64,000 nucleotides of DNA from an uncultured delta proteobacterium. GTDB lineage: Bacteria > Desulfobacterota > Desulfuromonadia > Desulfuromonadales > BM103. Positions 8,284 through 17,281 of this stretch are shown here, one piece after another; the stretch's first letter is position 1; each line of letters starts with the position of its first letter. The stretch spans positions 32,001-96,000 of the forward strand of contig CAVQRZ010000006.1 of assembly GCA_963715335.1 (NCBI GenBank). Direction: 5' to 3'. Below the pieces are notes generated by a model. The model saw nothing but the letters and a program-made list of their open reading frames with translations, searched no databases and was not told the DNA's origin. The position numbers were made by a program, and so were the translations under genes.

Positions 8284-9448
8284 TCGATTCCTCCGGCAGC
8301 ACTACGGGAAGACTTAAGGTAAACCTGGTCCCATATCCAGGTTTGGAGATGAAGCGTACATCGCCTGAGAGCAAGCGTGCCAGTAGCTGCATGCTGTATG
8401 TTCCCAGCCCGCGGCCAGCCCCTTTGGTGGAGAAGTCCCGCTGGAAAATTCTCTGCTGGTACTCCCCCGGGATCACTGCAGAATTGTGGACCCAGAGATT
8501 CAGTCGTCTGTCCCGAATCTCTGCGCCGAGAGTCACTGTGTCCTCTGCCAATGAAGCTTCCACGGCATTTTTCAGCATATTCCCCAGAATCCGGCGCAAA
8601 AGGGTCGCGTCACTGACAAAAGGAGTCGTAACAGTTGCGGCATCGATCTGCACGGTGCGATTGCGGACCACATCCTGCCCCTCATAAAGCTCTGCAACAT
8701 CGTCAAGGATTTGTACACTGTCCAAAACCTGATTGTCGACTATCACTTCTCCCTTCTCCACGGCCAGGAGGACCCGCTGGGCATCAATCTCATCGATGAC
8801 TCTTTGCGAAGCCAGTTGAATCCTGCGGCTGATGTCCAGGCGATCAACCTGGTTGTCAACTTCCAAGAGCGCCGCGAACCCGCGGATACTGCCGACCAGG
8901 TTGAGGATGTCATGAAAAAAAGTTCGTTCCAGTGCCAAGCGGCGTCTTTCGTGACTGATGTCCATACCCGCCAGCACGGAAAAATCCTCATCGGCATATC
9001 GCAATGGTGACGACCAGACCCGTAACGTCAGGTTTTGTGTGGCTATCCCTTCCCTGCGCGTAATCATGCACTCCTGGACGTTCTCTTTACCTGCCAGACC
9101 CGAGAGCATGGCCGTGAGAGCTCCACAGGTTTCACAGGAGGTTCCCATACCGCAACCGGAGTCAAGATCGTGGATCACATGACATGCCAGGACATCACCG
9201 ACCAGACGCCCCAACAGGCCTGCCGAACTCGCATGCCCGGCAAGCTCACAGAAAGCCCGGTTGGCAAAAATGATCTGACGATAACGGTTGAGCACCAGGA
9301 CAATGCCCGGCATTGAATCAAGGAGGTTACGGATCAGGAGGACACTGGAAAAATAGGCGGACTGGCGCGACAGTTCGCCCCTGGTCGCGAATTTACTGTT
9401 ATCAATCGCCCTGATTTTTTCTGCAATTTGAGCGTGAGTTGTGTTCAG
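8267..9448 (-). CDS. Sensor histidine kinase (PAS-like domain with Cys cluster + HisKA + HATPase); start CTG 9448 or ATG 9313
   Basis: H-box FFHDILN, N-box LGNMLKNA, STKGAGRGLG; frame open upstream to the stop at 9467-9469. Confidence 0.88.
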   Translation of the reverse strand: MNTTHAQIAEKIRAIDNSKFATRGELSRQSAYFSSVLLIRNLLDSMPGIVLVLNRYRQIIFANRAFCELAGHASSAGLLGRLVGDVLACHVIHDLDSGCGMGTSCETCGALTAMLSGLAGKENVQECMITRREGIATQNLTLRVWSSPLRYADEDFSVLAGMDISHERRRLALERTFFHDILNLVGSIRGFAALLEVDNQVDRLDISRRIQLASQRVIDEIDAQRVLLAVEKGEVIVDNQVLDSVQILDDVAELYEGQDVVRNRTVQIDAATVTTPFVSDATLLRRILGNMLKNAVEASLAEDTVTLGAEIRDRRLNLWVHNSAVIPGEYQQRIFQRDFSTKGAGRGLGTYSMQLLARLLSGDVRFISKPGYGTRFTLSLPVVLPEESNGSQP

Positions 9449-9521
9449 ATCAAATCTCCTGAGCGGTCATTGGCGCAGAGAACTAACATTCAGAGGAACC
9501 GCTGTCTCTGTACGAGAAGCA

Positions 9522-10247
9522 TCAGTCTTCGTCGAAACAGGTCCCGGCAATCAGGGTCACTGGTGCCTCAAGATAACTTTTCAACGAATCAAGGAATTCC
9601 GCAGCATCTGCACCATCAAGAATCCTGTGATCTGCGGAGAGTGTTAAGCGCACCATGGGTGCCACCACAAGCTCTTCATGCTCATCGACAACCACTTCTC
9701 CTTTGACGGTCCCCACGGCCAGGACCGCAGCCTGTGGTGGTGTGATAATGGCTGCAAAGGACTCCACTCCAAGCATGCCCATGTTACTGACAGTAAACGT
9801 CCCCCCATCCTGGTCATCGTCGGTGAGTTGGCCAAGGTGTGCCTTCTCAGCAAGCGCAGAAGCTGATACGCTAATTTGCTTCAGCGAGAGGCGTTCAAGA
9901 TTTTTGATCACCGGGTAGTAGAGCCCGCCTTCCGTTGCGACGGCCATGGCCAGGTTGATATGCTCCTGCTCGACTGCTGCACTTTCTGCCCATAGGCTAT
10001 TCACCCAGGGGTGCTCCTTGAGCGCTGCCGCAGTGGCCGCCAGGACGAAATCGTTGATCGTTATCCCCAGGTCTTTGCGGAAACGGATAACATCCGTCAT
10101 ATCGACCGCTACAGTCACAAAGAAATGCGGCTTGTTCTGCCAACTGTCAACCATCTTGCGCTCGATCAGTCGGCGAATGCGTACGGCTTTTTTGTTATTA
10201 TGGCCAGTTTCACCCTGTGGACCGTTTTTATTGCCTGGTTCGGGCAT
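9522..10247 (-). CDS. Dihydrolipoamide acyltransferase (E2) catalytic domain only
   Basis: PHFFVT, TINDF, GGTFTVSNMG, IITPPQAAVL and intact catalytic DHRILDG; start ATG 10247 behind AAAGGA; no lipoyl or E3-binding domain. Confidence 0.88.
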   Translation of the reverse strand: MPEPGNKNGPQGETGHNNKKAVRIRRLIERKMVDSWQNKPHFFVTVAVDMTDVIRFRKDLGITINDFVLAATAAALKEHPWVNSLWAESAAVEQEHINLAMAVATEGGLYYPVIKNLERLSLKQISVSASALAEKAHLGQLTDDDQDGGTFTVSNMGMLGVESFAAIITPPQAAVLAVGTVKGEVVVDEHEELVVAPMVRLTLSADHRILDGADAAEFLDSLKSYLEAPVTLIAGTCFDED

Positions 10248-10520
10248 GTCAGTCATCCTTTCAAACCGCAAAAATATTCAGGAATATTCACCCTGTAATG
10301 GGGATAAATTTGACAACTATTGTAATAGAGGTGCCCTTTAAATACGACCCTAAACAAACATGAGGCCACCACAACCCTTAAACACGGCGCCAGGCAGAGA
10401 GAGAACAGAAGTTGAAAGATGAAAATTAGCTGGTTTATTTGACGCTGTACAGGTCTGTTTGGGTAAGACACGAGAGGTTAAACAGGGAGTGGGAAGTTAC
10501 ACGATTGAAAAGAGAAAAGC

Positions 10521-10551
10521 AAAAAGCCCGGGACCAAGGTCTCGGGCTTTT
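10521..10551 (-). terminator. Rho-independent terminator of the small CxxC gene
   Basis: Minus strand aaaagcccgagacc-tt-ggtcccgggcttttt. Confidence 0.8.
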
Positions 10552-10570
10552 GATTATGGACAGTAGTGAA

Positions 10571-10726
10571 TCAGCCGAGAAAAACGTTATGATTGCGGGC
10601 CCGATTGGCCAGAATCGTTGGATCGACGACCTCACCACAGGAGCAACATTTCCATGCGTCAAAAGCACGAACAAAATCATAATACTTCTCGGCGTACATA
10701 CGACCTTTACACTTGGGACATCTCAT
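10571..10726 (-). CDS. 51-aa dual-CxxC (zinc-ribbon-like) small protein, absent from the ORF track
   Basis: MRCPKCKGRMYAEKYYDFVRAFDAWKCCSCGEVVDPTILANRARNHNVFLG; GAGGAGG RBS 7 nt upstream; own terminator. Confidence 0.85.
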   Translation of the reverse strand: MRCPKCKGRMYAEKYYDFVRAFDAWKCCSCGEVVDPTILANRARNHNVFLG

Positions 10727-10785
10727 CTAACGGCCTCCTCATTCATAGACCAAGAAATTTTGGGTAACTTCTATGCATGAGGTAT

Positions 10786-10802
10786 TACACGAGACGTGCC
10801 AA
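10786..10802 (-). promoter_or_regulatory. Putative sigma-54 (-24/-12) promoter with non-consensus -12
   Basis: Minus strand TTGGCACG-tctc-GTGTA versus consensus TGGCACG-N4-TTGC(A/T). Confidence 0.4.
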
Positions 10803-10873
10803 CTACAGTTGAATCTTTCCTGTCAAGCAAAAGCGCCAAGACATCCGGAGAAAACCATCTAAATTACATATAG

Positions 10874-11452
10874 TTATGTTGTTCTAAAAAAAATCCTCCA
10901 ACTTTCGATTCTGCCCTGGCCTATCCCTTTGACCCTTTTCAACGCATCCAGAGAGCCGAATTCGCCATTTTTTTGACGATCAAGATGGATTCTTTCGGCC
11001 AGTTTGTCTCCAATCCCTGGCAGGGCAACCCAATCAACCCTGCTCATCCGGTCAGGATGGAGCGGGATGCCCAGCGCAATTCGTTTGCTGGCCGACATCC
11101 ATCCTCGTCGGACAATCTCAATTTTCTGATCTTTTTTTGCGATTGCGTAGCTCGCGCCGTCGTTTACCGGTTCAAAATAACCCTCAACAGTTGATGATAT
11201 TTTATCGGACACCGCAATCGTCAATTTCATGACGTCTCGCAGAGAGAAACCGTCATTTATTTGATACACCCCCGGGGTCAAACCGTACCCTGCCAGTTCA
11301 ACGTGCACATAATTCGCATCCTGGGACAAAAAAGACGGGATATCTTCCAATACGGAAGCACCCCGCCCCAAAAGCACAGCAAGAAAAACAAAGGCCGCCA
11401 GCACAACGGGCACTGGCGGCACCCGAAACAGGGCCCTATTCGGCATGGTCAC
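10874..11452 (-). CDS. ComEA-like membrane-anchored helix-hairpin-helix DNA-binding protein
   Basis: N-terminal hydrophobic anchor; PGVY (SLBB-like); [12 protein letters not shown] and VKGIG HhH motifs. Confidence 0.75.
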   Translation of the reverse strand: MTMPNRALFRVPPVPVVLAAFVFLAVLLGRGASVLEDIPSFLSQDANYVHVELAGYGLTPGVYQINDGFSLRDVMKLTIAVSDKISSTVEGYFEPVNDGASYAIAKKDQKIEIVRRGWMSASKRIALGIPLHPDRMSRVDWVALPGIGDKLAERIHLDRQKNGEFGSLDALKRVKGIGQGRIESWRIFFRTT

Positions 11453-13007
11453 GCATCAGTTTGTACTGCAGCGCGTCAACCAGCGCCTGGTAAGAGGCGT
11501 CTATAATGTTATCACTGACCCCAACCGTTCCCCAACGCCCGGTCTTGTCGCCGGACTCGATCAGAACCCGTGTCACGGATGCGGTTCCCTTCCCGGCAGG
11601 AAGGACCCGTACCCTGTAATCGAACAGCTTCATCTCCTTGAGCTGAGGGTAGAACTGTTCCAGGGCCTTGCGCAACGCGTGGTCAAGCGCATTCACCGGG
11701 CCATTGCCCTCGGCGGCCGTATGTTCGATGCGCCCGCCGACCTTGACCTGGACTGTCGCCTCGGAGGTTGGCATCTCATCTTCATGTCGCTTGGTGTCAA
11801 TAACCCGGAAGCCGATAACCGAGAAGTAATTGCGCAATTCGCCCAGGGCACGCCGCATGAGCAGTTCGAAAGAAGCCTCGGCACCCTCGAACTGGAACCC
11901 CTGGTTTTCGAGTGACTTGATATCTTCAAGGATTTCCAGTGTCACCGGATCCTTGCTGTCGAGGTTGATGTTAAACTGTTCAGCTTTGACGAGGATGTTC
12001 GAGCGACCGGAGAGATCGGACACCAGCACGCGAGTCACATTGCCGACTTTTTCCGGGCGCACATGCTCGTAAGTTTCAGGATGCCTCTGAATCGCCGAGA
12101 CATGCACGCCGCCCTTATGGGCAAAGGCAGAATTCCCGACGTAAGGCTGGTGCTTGTTCGGCACCAGGTTGGCCAATTCGAAGATATAGCGTGAGGCGAT
12201 CCGCAGGCTCTTCAGCTGCTCATCGGAGACACAGTCCCGGTCCATTTTCAATCTGAGCGCGGGGATGATCGAGCAGAGATTGGCGTTGCCGCAGCGCTCA
12301 CCAAAACCGTTGATCGTGCCCTGGACATGGACAGCGCCATTTTCTACCGCCACGAGTGAGTTGGCCACAGCACATTCACTGTCGTTGTGAGCGTGGATGC
12401 CAAGTGGTGTCTTGATATTCTTTTTGACCTTCTTGATAATATCGGCCACTTCATACGGCAAGGCACCGCCATTGGTGTCGCAAAGCACGATACAATCAAC
12501 ACCGGCCCGCTGAGCGGACTCCAGTGTCTTGAGGGCATATTCCGGGTTGGCCTTGTAACCGTCAAAGAAATGCTCGGCATCGTAGATAACTTCTGCAACG
12601 TTCTCCTTCAGGTAGGCCAGAGAGTCGTAGATCAGTTCAAGGTTCTCTTCCAGGCTGATGCGTAGCGCCTCGCGCACCTGGAAATCCCAGGATTTACCAA
12701 AGATTGTGACTGCATCGGGCTCGGCCTGAATCAGGGTCCGGATATTATTGTCCTTGGCCGGAGTGGTCTTGGCCCTGCGCGTGGAACCGAAAGCGGCTAT
12801 CTTGGCATGGTTCAAGGTAATTTTTTTAACGTCTTTGAAAAAGGCAATGTCCTTGGGATTGGAACCGGGCCAACCTCCCTCAATATAGTCGATACCAAGC
12901 TCGTCAAGCTTCTTGGCGATCTGGATCTTGTCCGCTACCAGAAAAGAGACGTCTTCAGCCTGCGTACCATCACGCAAGGTCGTATCATACAGAAAAACTC
13001 TGCTCAT
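11436..13007 (-). CDS. cimA: Citramalate synthase
   Basis: [33 protein letters not shown] and HKGGVH motifs; C-terminal LeuA-type regulatory domain. Confidence 0.9.
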   Translation of the reverse strand: MSRVFLYDTTLRDGTQAEDVSFLVADKIQIAKKLDELGIDYIEGGWPGSNPKDIAFFKDVKKITLNHAKIAAFGSTRRAKTTPAKDNNIRTLIQAEPDAVTIFGKSWDFQVREALRISLEENLELIYDSLAYLKENVAEVIYDAEHFFDGYKANPEYALKTLESAQRAGVDCIVLCDTNGGALPYEVADIIKKVKKNIKTPLGIHAHNDSECAVANSLVAVENGAVHVQGTINGFGERCGNANLCSIIPALRLKMDRDCVSDEQLKSLRIASRYIFELANLVPNKHQPYVGNSAFAHKGGVHVSAIQRHPETYEHVRPEKVGNVTRVLVSDLSGRSNILVKAEQFNINLDSKDPVTLEILEDIKSLENQGFQFEGAEASFELLMRRALGELRNYFSVIGFRVIDTKRHEDEMPTSEATVQVKVGGRIEHTAAEGNGPVNALDHALRKALEQFYPQLKEMKLFDYRVRVLPAGKGTASVTRVLIESGDKTGRWGTVGVSDNIIDASYQALVDALQYKLMRDHAE

Positions 13008-13040
13008 GATCTTCTCCCGGATATCTGTCCTACAGGGGGC

Positions 13041-14273
13041 TTATTCCTCGGCCACCCGAACCTTATCCAAGCCAAAAGCTTCGTGCAGAACGCGCACGGC
13101 CAGCTCGGTGTACTTGTCATCAATGACGCAGGAAACCTTGATTTCACTCGTTGAAATCATCTGGATGTTGACCCCTTCCCTGGACAGGGTTTCAAACATC
13201 TTGCTGGCGATCCCTGAATGCGAGCGCATGCCGACTCCAATAATTGACACCTTGGCAATCGACTCGTTGGTCTGTACGCCGGCAGCACCGATTTTGCTTG
13301 CGGTCTCTTCAACAATTTTCAGGGCCTTCTTGAAATCACCTCGAGGCACGGTAAAGGTCAGGTCCGTGAACCCCTCGTGGGAGACGTTCTGAATAATCAT
13401 GTCTACCATGATGTTCGCTGTCGAAAGGGGTGAAAAAAGCTGGGCCGCCACTCCAGGCTTGTCCGGAACGCGCATCACGGCAATTTTTGCTTCATCCTTG
13501 TTATATGCGATACCTGAAACCAGGACCGTTTCCATATCTGCATCCTCCTTCATCACCAGAGTCCCTGGGTTGTCATTAAGGCTGGAACGTACATGAACGA
13601 CTACTTCGTATTTTTTCGCAAATTCGACCGACCGCAACTGCAGCACCTTGGAACCGAGCGAGGCCATTTCGAGCATTTCGTCGTAGGAGACCTTTTCCAT
13701 CTTGGAGGCCTCAGGAACAATCCGCGGGTCAGTGGTATAGACACCGTCGACATCGGTCAGGATTTCGCAAACATCGGCTTTTAACGCCGCAGCGACGGCC
13801 ACAGCCGAGGTGTCCGAGCCGCCACGACCCAGGGTCGTAATGTTGTTGTCACGGTCGATACCCTGGAAACCTGCGACGATCACGATCGTGCCGTTGTGCA
13901 GGTCCTCACGGATATTGGTATCCTGAATCTCCTCGATACGCGCTTTTGAAAAGGAATTGTCCGTGTAAATCGGGATCTGCCAGCCGAGGTAGCTCTTGGC
14001 CTTGTACCCCATGGACTGCAGGGCCATTGACAGGAGCGCAACAGAGACCTGTTCGCCGGCAGCGACGAGGACGTCGTACTCACGCTCGCTCGGGAATTCA
14101 CACATTCCTTCAGCGAGTGCCACCAGCTTGTTGGTCTCACCCGCCATCGCCGAGACAACCACGATCATGTCGTTGCCTTCATCGTAGGTGCGGGCAACCC
14201 GTCTGGCGACATTCTGGATTTTTTCGATGGTCCCTACCGAGGTGCCACCATACTTTTGAACCACCAGTGCCAT
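13041..14273 (-). CDS. lysC: Aspartate kinase
   Basis: [31 protein letters not shown]; two ACT domains. Confidence 0.95.
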   Translation of the reverse strand: MALVVQKYGGTSVGTIEKIQNVARRVARTYDEGNDMIVVVSAMAGETNKLVALAEGMCEFPSEREYDVLVAAGEQVSVALLSMALQSMGYKAKSYLGWQIPIYTDNSFSKARIEEIQDTNIREDLHNGTIVIVAGFQGIDRDNNITTLGRGGSDTSAVAVAAALKADVCEILTDVDGVYTTDPRIVPEASKMEKVSYDEMLEMASLGSKVLQLRSVEFAKKYEVVVHVRSSLNDNPGTLVMKEDADMETVLVSGIAYNKDEAKIAVMRVPDKPGVAAQLFSPLSTANIMVDMIIQNVSHEGFTDLTFTVPRGDFKKALKIVEETASKIGAAGVQTNESIAKVSIIGVGMRSHSGIASKMFETLSREGVNIQMISTSEIKVSCVIDDKYTELAVRVLHEAFGLDKVRVAEE

Positions 14274-14353
14274 CTGTGATCAATCCTTTCTGGCACGGCT
14301 CGACTCGGAACCTGCCATCGGTGAAATTCCCCCTTAATTGGGGTCAAATGATT

Positions 14354-14382
14354 TTAATAACAGTATTCCTGCCGGTCGTCAA
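14354..14382 (-). promoter_or_regulatory. Putative sigma-70 promoter for lysC-cimA
   Basis: TTGACG-17 nt (ending TGn)-TATTAA. Confidence 0.4.
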
Positions 14383-14398
14383 AGGTTTTCACGGAACA

Positions 14399-14896
14399 TC
14401 AGGCGGGCATCTCGACAGCGGTCCATTGCCGAACCAGCTGGCCAAGCAGTTCAGCGCCGCAATCGTCCCTCGCCTCGAATTGAAACTTGCGCCGCTCCCC
14501 TCCCAGAGAGTCTATGGCAACGTCCAGTGAGGACATCAAAGCACCCGTCATGCGATCGGCCCACTCGACCATTGTCAGGCCATTACCCTCTGCATATTCG
14601 TCGTAGCCGAGATCGGCAAGATCATCAACCTGCGCAAGGCGGTAAAGGTCGAAATGATAGAACGGGAAACGCCCCTGATGAATATTCAGCAAAGTGTAGC
14701 TCGGGCTGGTCACAGGAGTGGCCGGGGCAACGCCGAGGCCGTCACCGACACCCTGGGCAAAACAGGTTTTTCCGGTTCCCAATTGACCACTCAGGAGCAC
14801 GACCAGTCCGGCTTCGGCTAGGCTGCCGAACAGCCGCCCAAGTTCACGCGTTTCCGTGGCGCTGCCGGTTGTCGTTTCCCAGGTCAGCAAGGTCAC
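14399..14896 (-). CDS. tsaE: tRNA threonylcarbamoyladenosine biosynthesis ATPase
   Basis: GQLGTGKT Walker A, VTSPSYTL, HFDLYRL, VEWA. Confidence 0.93.
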   Translation of the reverse strand: MTLLTWETTTGSATETRELGRLFGSLAEAGLVVLLSGQLGTGKTCFAQGVGDGLGVAPATPVTSPSYTLLNIHQGRFPFYHFDLYRLAQVDDLADLGYDEYAEGNGLTMVEWADRMTGALMSSLDVAIDSLGGERRKFQFEARDDCGAELLGQLVRQWTAVEMPA

Positions 14897-15342
14897 GAAC
14901 TCATGCTGCGAATAATATCGAGACGGCTGACAACCCCAACCATCCGACCGTCAGACAACACGGGCACCAGGTGGACCTTGTTGTCGACCATCAGGCTGGC
15001 TATCGTCGCAACCTTGTCATCCGGCACACAGGTCACGACATCCCTGCCGCAGATTTCTCCCACCCTGCGCGCGGTGACCTTGCGCACTGCCTCGGTGAAC
15101 TTCTTCGGGCTCTCCAGGTAGATAACCCAGTCGAAAAGCGAAATCACCGTAGGGATATGGAGAGGCTTGTCCTGCTCGACAAGATCCGTCTGGGTGACCA
15201 TCCCCACCAATGCCCCGTCGTCATCGACAACCGGCATGGCGTTGACATTGTATTTGACAAATTTCTTTGCCAGAGCCGTAATCTCAGTGTCCTGATGTAC
15301 AGTATGAATCTCTTTGGTCATGATATCGCCAGCAGTCAGCAT
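14893..15342 (-). CDS. CBS-pair (Bateman) domain protein
   Basis: AGDIMT, MPVVDDDGALVGMVT, VPV..GRMVGVVSRLD. Confidence 0.9.
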   Translation of the reverse strand: MLTAGDIMTKEIHTVHQDTEITALAKKFVKYNVNAMPVVDDDGALVGMVTQTDLVEQDKPLHIPTVISLFDWVIYLESPKKFTEAVRKVTARRVGEICGRDVVTCVPDDKVATIASLMVDNKVHLVPVLSDGRMVGVVSRLDIIRSMSS

Positions 15343-16899
15343 TTAGCCCTCCATTGCCAGAGCCTGTCGTGCAGCAGGCAGTTCGTAGATCAGGTCGGTG
15401 GCCAACAGACCGGCATCACCGAATGTCGACTGCAGCCTCTCGGCGGCAAGGCCGTGCAGGTAGACAGCCAGGGTTGCAGCAGGCATTGCCGGCAGGCCCT
15501 GAGCCAGCAGGCTGCCGACCAGCCCGGTCAGGACGTCACCCATGCCACCACTGGCCATACCTGCATGGCCTGTCATATTGACGTGAACCGTGCCATCCGG
15601 TGAAGCAATCAGGGTCCGGGCTCCCTTGAGCACCAGGGTCACCTTGTGTTGGATCGCAAAATCTCTCGCCAGGCGGAATCGGTCACTCTGGATCGCTGCG
15701 ACCGACAGCCCCGTCAAGCGTGACATCTCACCGGGGTGCGGGGTCAGAATAATTTCACGACCCGGCTGCTGACCCAGTAGCGACAGATGTCCAACCAGGG
15801 CACTTAACCCATCAGCATCGATAACGACAGGCTGGCTGGTGTCCTGAAGTAAACGGCGAATCAGGCTGCTGACTTCTTCGCCGACACCCAGCCCCGGCCC
15901 GACGGCCAGCGCCTGCTTTCCTTCAGCCGACCCCAGGATATCTTCCAGAGCCAGCATGCAGACTTCACCTTCCCGTTCATCCAGGGGCACTGTCATAACT
16001 TCAGTCAGCCTGGCAGCGACCCCCGGTTGCACGCCTCTTGGGCATGCCAGCGTGACCAGACCTGCGCCACCACGCATACCCGCTTCGGCGGCCATGACAG
16101 CGGCACCACACTTGCCTGTGGAACCTGCCAGTATCAGCAGATGCCCGAAGGTGCCTTTATGTCCATCCATAACTCGCATCGGCAGAAGATGCCTTGCTTC
16201 CTCGCCATCGATCCATCGGCACTCGGCGCCGGTCTCGTACATCACCTGCTTGGGAATGCCGATATCTGCAATCACCAATTCACCCACATGCCGAGCCCCG
16301 GGGAAAGTCACCTGGCCTATTTTGGGAAAAGCAAATGAGACAGTCAGGTCCGCATTGACCGCGTCACTCATGATCCGGCCGGTAGAGCCATCGATCCCGG
16401 ACGGGATATCTACAGAGACCACCGGGCAGGCCTGACAGTTCATCCAGCCAACGGCCTCAAGGAAAAGGCCCTCGAGAGGCTTGGTAAGCCCGGTTCCGAA
16501 CAGGGCATCGACAACAACGGTAAATTCATCGGCATCATCAAGAACGGCATAGAGCTCGTCCTCAGACCGTATGTAAGTAATCAGCCCGCCGCAGTTGGCC
16601 AGCGCCACGGCATTAACTGCAGCTTCACCGGTGATTTCGTCTGCCCCTGCAAAAACCAGGGTCAGGACGTCCCAGTCGTTGTCCAGCAGATACCTGGCAA
16701 CCACGTAACCATCCCCACCGTTGTTGCCTTTGCCCGCCAATACCAGCGCACGCTGGATTCCGCGCGTTGCATAACGAGAAAGAATTTCCTCAGCCACGCA
16801 CCGGCCGGCATTTTCCATCAGGACAATACCCGGGATGCCGATTTCTTCAATGGTCCGGCAATCAACAGCCTGCATTTGTTGTGCGGTCAGGACTTTCAT
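15343..16899 (-). CDS. nnr: Bifunctional NAD(P)HX epimerase/dehydratase
   Basis: GKGNNGGDG, DALFGTG, DIPSG, HKGTFG, TPHPGEM, GGMGDVL. Confidence 0.93.
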   Translation of the reverse strand: MKVLTAQQMQAVDCRTIEEIGIPGIVLMENAGRCVAEEILSRYATRGIQRALVLAGKGNNGGDGYVVARYLLDNDWDVLTLVFAGADEITGEAAVNAVALANCGGLITYIRSEDELYAVLDDADEFTVVVDALFGTGLTKPLEGLFLEAVGWMNCQACPVVSVDIPSGIDGSTGRIMSDAVNADLTVSFAFPKIGQVTFPGARHVGELVIADIGIPKQVMYETGAECRWIDGEEARHLLPMRVMDGHKGTFGHLLILAGSTGKCGAAVMAAEAGMRGGAGLVTLACPRGVQPGVAARLTEVMTVPLDEREGEVCMLALEDILGSAEGKQALAVGPGLGVGEEVSSLIRRLLQDTSQPVVIDADGLSALVGHLSLLGQQPGREIILTPHPGEMSRLTGLSVAAIQSDRFRLARDFAIQHKVTLVLKGARTLIASPDGTVHVNMTGHAGMASGGMGDVLTGLVGSLLAQGLPAMPAATLAVYLHGLAAERLQSTFGDAGLLATDLIYELPAARQALAMEG

Positions 16900-17279
16900 A
16901 GGCTTTCCAGAACCACGGTGGCGACGGCATATTCACCTTCATGGCTGTAGGACAAGTGTACCATCTCAACACGTTTTTCGCCTGCCACCTCTGCGGCTCT
17001 ACCTGATAAGATCAGGTCGGGGCGACCGAGTTCATCAGGGACGACCTCCATGTCATGCCAGCTGATGCCATCACGCCAGCCGGTCCCGAAAGCCTTGAGA
17101 CACGATTCCTTGGCGGCAAAGCGTGCGGCCAGGTGCGGAGACGGGTCTGCCTTGGCAAAGGCGTACTGCCTTTCACCAAGGGTAAAAAGCCGCTCCAGGA
17201 GAGCGGTCTTTTGGTCCTCTACAAATTTCCTGAAACGAGCGACCCTGGCCAGGTCGGTTCCCAGACCGACAATCGGCAT
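16896..17279 (-). CDS. acpS: Holo-ACP synthase
   Basis: GLGTD, RFAAKE, SYSH; start reassigned to ATG 17279. Confidence 0.93.
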   Translation of the reverse strand: MPIVGLGTDLARVARFRKFVEDQKTALLERLFTLGERQYAFAKADPSPHLAARFAAKESCLKAFGTGWRDGISWHDMEVVPDELGRPDLILSGRAAEVAGEKRVEMVHLSYSHEGEYAVATVVLESL

Positions 17280-17281
17280 AT

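Noticed and set aside
14274..14398. Lysine riboswitch upstream of lysC
   Set aside because: The spacer is only 125 nt including a promoter candidate; too short, and no L-box motifs seen
14338..15603. 421-aa plus-strand ORF, and other long antisense ORFs (e.g. 23973-25169, 22352-23344, 39730-40791, 61160-62176)
   Set aside because: Shadow frames of well-supported minus-strand genes in GC-rich DNA; no motifs or RBS
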